Shown here piece by piece: positions 7,074-8,618 of a DNA stretch of 8,618 nt. The notes under the pieces are model-generated. The model did no database searches. It had not been told where the DNA came from and saw only the letters and a program-made list of their open reading frames with translations. The DNA comes from Octopus sinensis. Taxonomy: Eukaryota. The stretch is from assembly GCF_006345805.1 (NCBI RefSeq), contig NW_021828300.1, positions 1 to 8,618 on the forward strand, read 5' to 3'. Both the position numbers and the translations under genes were made by a program. How positions within the stretch are numbered: the first letter of the stretch is position 1; each line of letters opens with the position of its first letter.

Positions 7074-7198
7074 GAGGAGGAGGATGGGGGGACGTTGGTG
7101 GTGAGGTGGTGGTAGTGGTGGTAGTGATAGCAGTGAAGATTTTCAGGATGAAGGGAACGATAATGGCGATGATGATGATGATGATGATGATGATAATT
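7074..7198 (+). repeat. Dispersed copy of the cryptic unit seen at 4298-4610
   Basis: Exact blocks shared: GAGGAGGAGGATGGGGG (4515/7074), TGGTGGTGAGGTGGTGGTAGTG (4535/7096), GAACGATAATGGCGATGATGAT (4472/7155). Confidence 0.85.
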
Positions 7199-7259
7199 GT
7201 GTAAAGATGCATCTTCCTATTTTAAGAAAATAAAAATTCCTCTATATGGCTGTTGTGAA

Positions 7260-7519
7260 GGCGGGGTGGCCCATTGGTTAGGGTGATGCAACTCGCGATT
7301 TCTATATACTAAAGCTCGGTTTCGAATCCCGAACCAGGCGGTGCGTTGTGTTCTTGGGCGAACACTTCATTTCCCGTTGCTCTAATCCACTCAGCTGTAG
7401 ATAAGTCACCCAATCCTGCGACAGAATACTCTTCCGATCGGGGCGCGGGGATGTTGCGAGGTGCACTGTGGCCAGCGGCGTGCAAGAACATCCTATAATC
7501 GGGAGAGTACCATAATGTA
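7260..7519 (+). mobile_element. tRNA-derived CORE-type SINE (a second family), diverged
   Basis: A-box TGGCCCATTGG 7267-7277; B-box GGTTTCGAATCCC 7318-7330; CORE-like tgtgttcttgggcgaacacttcatttcccgttgctctaatccactcagctgtagataagt ~7347-7406; possible TSD GCTGTTGTGAA (7249-7259) / GCTGTTAGTGAA (7520-7531). Confidence 0.8.
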
Positions 7520-7530
7520 GCTGTTAGTGA

Positions 7531-7581
7531 ATATATATATATGTATATATATGTATTATATGTATATATATAATATATATA

Positions 7582-7634
<53 letters not shown>

Positions 7635-7642
7635 ATTATATA
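7531..7642. repeat. Interrupted (AT)n microsatellite
   Basis: Read directly. Confidence 0.97.
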
Positions 7643-7772
7643 GTATAAAAGCAATTAAGATCCAAATGAGTTCTTTTGAATTCGCTTGAATGCGGTACTT
7701 AACTTAGATGCACCATCCAATAATGTGGGGTGATTATAAACAAGAAAAAAGCAACAAGAAGGGATTAGTTTT

Positions 7773-7925
7773 TCAGTACAATTGTTTCATACGAAGACCA
7801 GCTTTATTAAAAGCTGCAAATATTGCAGCAAATGCAAGTGTCCCGTACTCATCAGCCAAAACACATATGAGTTCTCCAAGCATCCTAGTGGGTGAGGCTA
7901 CACTCATGAAGTATCGAAGATAGTT
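7773..7925 (-). CDS. Candidate coding exon on the - strand, product unknown
   Basis: Branch point and acceptor cctaaatttgctttttatag|AAC; phase-0 frame NYLRYFMSVASPTRMLGELICVLADEYGTLAFAAIFAAFNKAGLRMKQLY* (153 nt); optional donor CTTC|GTATGA after 7793. A competing + strand exon (7777-7891) is possible in the same DNA. Confidence 0.33.
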   Translation of the reverse strand, partial: NYLRYFMSVASPTRMLGELICVLADEYGTLAFAAIFAAFNKAGLRMKQLY

Positions 7926-7973
7926 CTATAAAAAGCAAATTTAGGTTGTAAGCAGACTTCAAAGTTCTCTAAT

Positions 7974-8058
7974 GATATATATATATATATAATTATATAT
8001 ATATATATTATCTATATATGTATATATATGTATGTATGTAGTATGTATGTATGTATGC
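7974..8058. repeat. (AT)n/(ATGT)n microsatellite
   Basis: Read directly. Confidence 0.95.
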
Positions 8059-8293
8059 GTTTATATGATTGGCGTCCGTAGTATGTGTACAGATGCATCT
8101 TACTATTTTGTATAAGATGTTGCTGTTCTTTAATCCTAAATTGGTCCCTATTATAATTAACCTAAGATACAGAAAACTCCCTTAAAGGCACTCCACTGTT
8201 GTGGCTTTCATCCACACTACACCTGCCCTGGAGCGCAATATAGAATGTGATTATTCGAAACGAGATCTTACGGGGTTAATTGAAGTAGCTGTG

Positions 8294-8336
<43 letters not shown>

Positions 8337-8500
8337 AGTAGCAGCAGCAGCAGCAGCAGCAGCCAAAGCAGCCATAGCAGTTGTAGTAGTGGCAATAGTA
8401 ATAGTAGTAGCTGTAGCTATTGTTGTTGTTAGTGAACGTGACGATAATGATGATGATGGTGATGATGATGATGATGATGATGATGATGGTGATGACGTTT
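8294..8500. repeat. (GTA)n-(GCA)n-(GTT)n-(GAT)n compound triplet array
   Basis: Perfect gtagtagta run, then cagcagcag, later gatgatgat. Confidence 0.95.
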
Positions 8501-8618
8501 ATCACCAGATGACCGTTGACTCAAGAGACCTGTGGCCAATGAAGTTCCAACTGAAAATATCGTTTTTGTTCTTTGAAACCCTGTTTGCAGCAGGGGAATA
8601 TCTATATCGATATATAAT

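Noticed and set aside
6344-7491. ORFs 6344-6661, 7021-7212 and 7309-7491
   Set aside because: Low-complexity or SINE-derived, with no domain signature or supporting splice pattern.

Overview
Eukaryotic, non-genic or intronic, extremely microsatellite-rich DNA. The SINE sequences look like those of an octopus (coleoid cephalopod) genome; this is from recall, not a database search. None of the supplied ORFs looks like a real gene: nearly all are translations of (AT)n, (AC)n, (ATAC)n or (GAT/GGT/GTA)n arrays. Supportable content: (i) five copies of one tRNA-derived SINE family: a decayed + copy at ~577-740, a + copy at 2722-2934 with a degenerate TSD, and three head-to-tail - copies at 3449-4051 enclosed by a single 17-bp TSD; (ii) a CORE-type SINE at 7260-7519; (iii) a frameshifted 3' fragment of an RLE-type (R4/Dong-like) non-LTR retrotransposon at ~750-916 that the ORF track misses; (iv) a minimal hammerhead-ribozyme-like motif at 1447-1481, of the kind carried by Penelope-like elements; (v) two unidentified candidate spliced exons (+4697-4834; -7773-7925); (vi) a cryptic dispersed repeat and a higher-order repeat within the triplet arrays, a G-quadruplex motif and an RFX X-box match. 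No CRISPR array, rRNA, true tRNA or prokaryotic system is visible.
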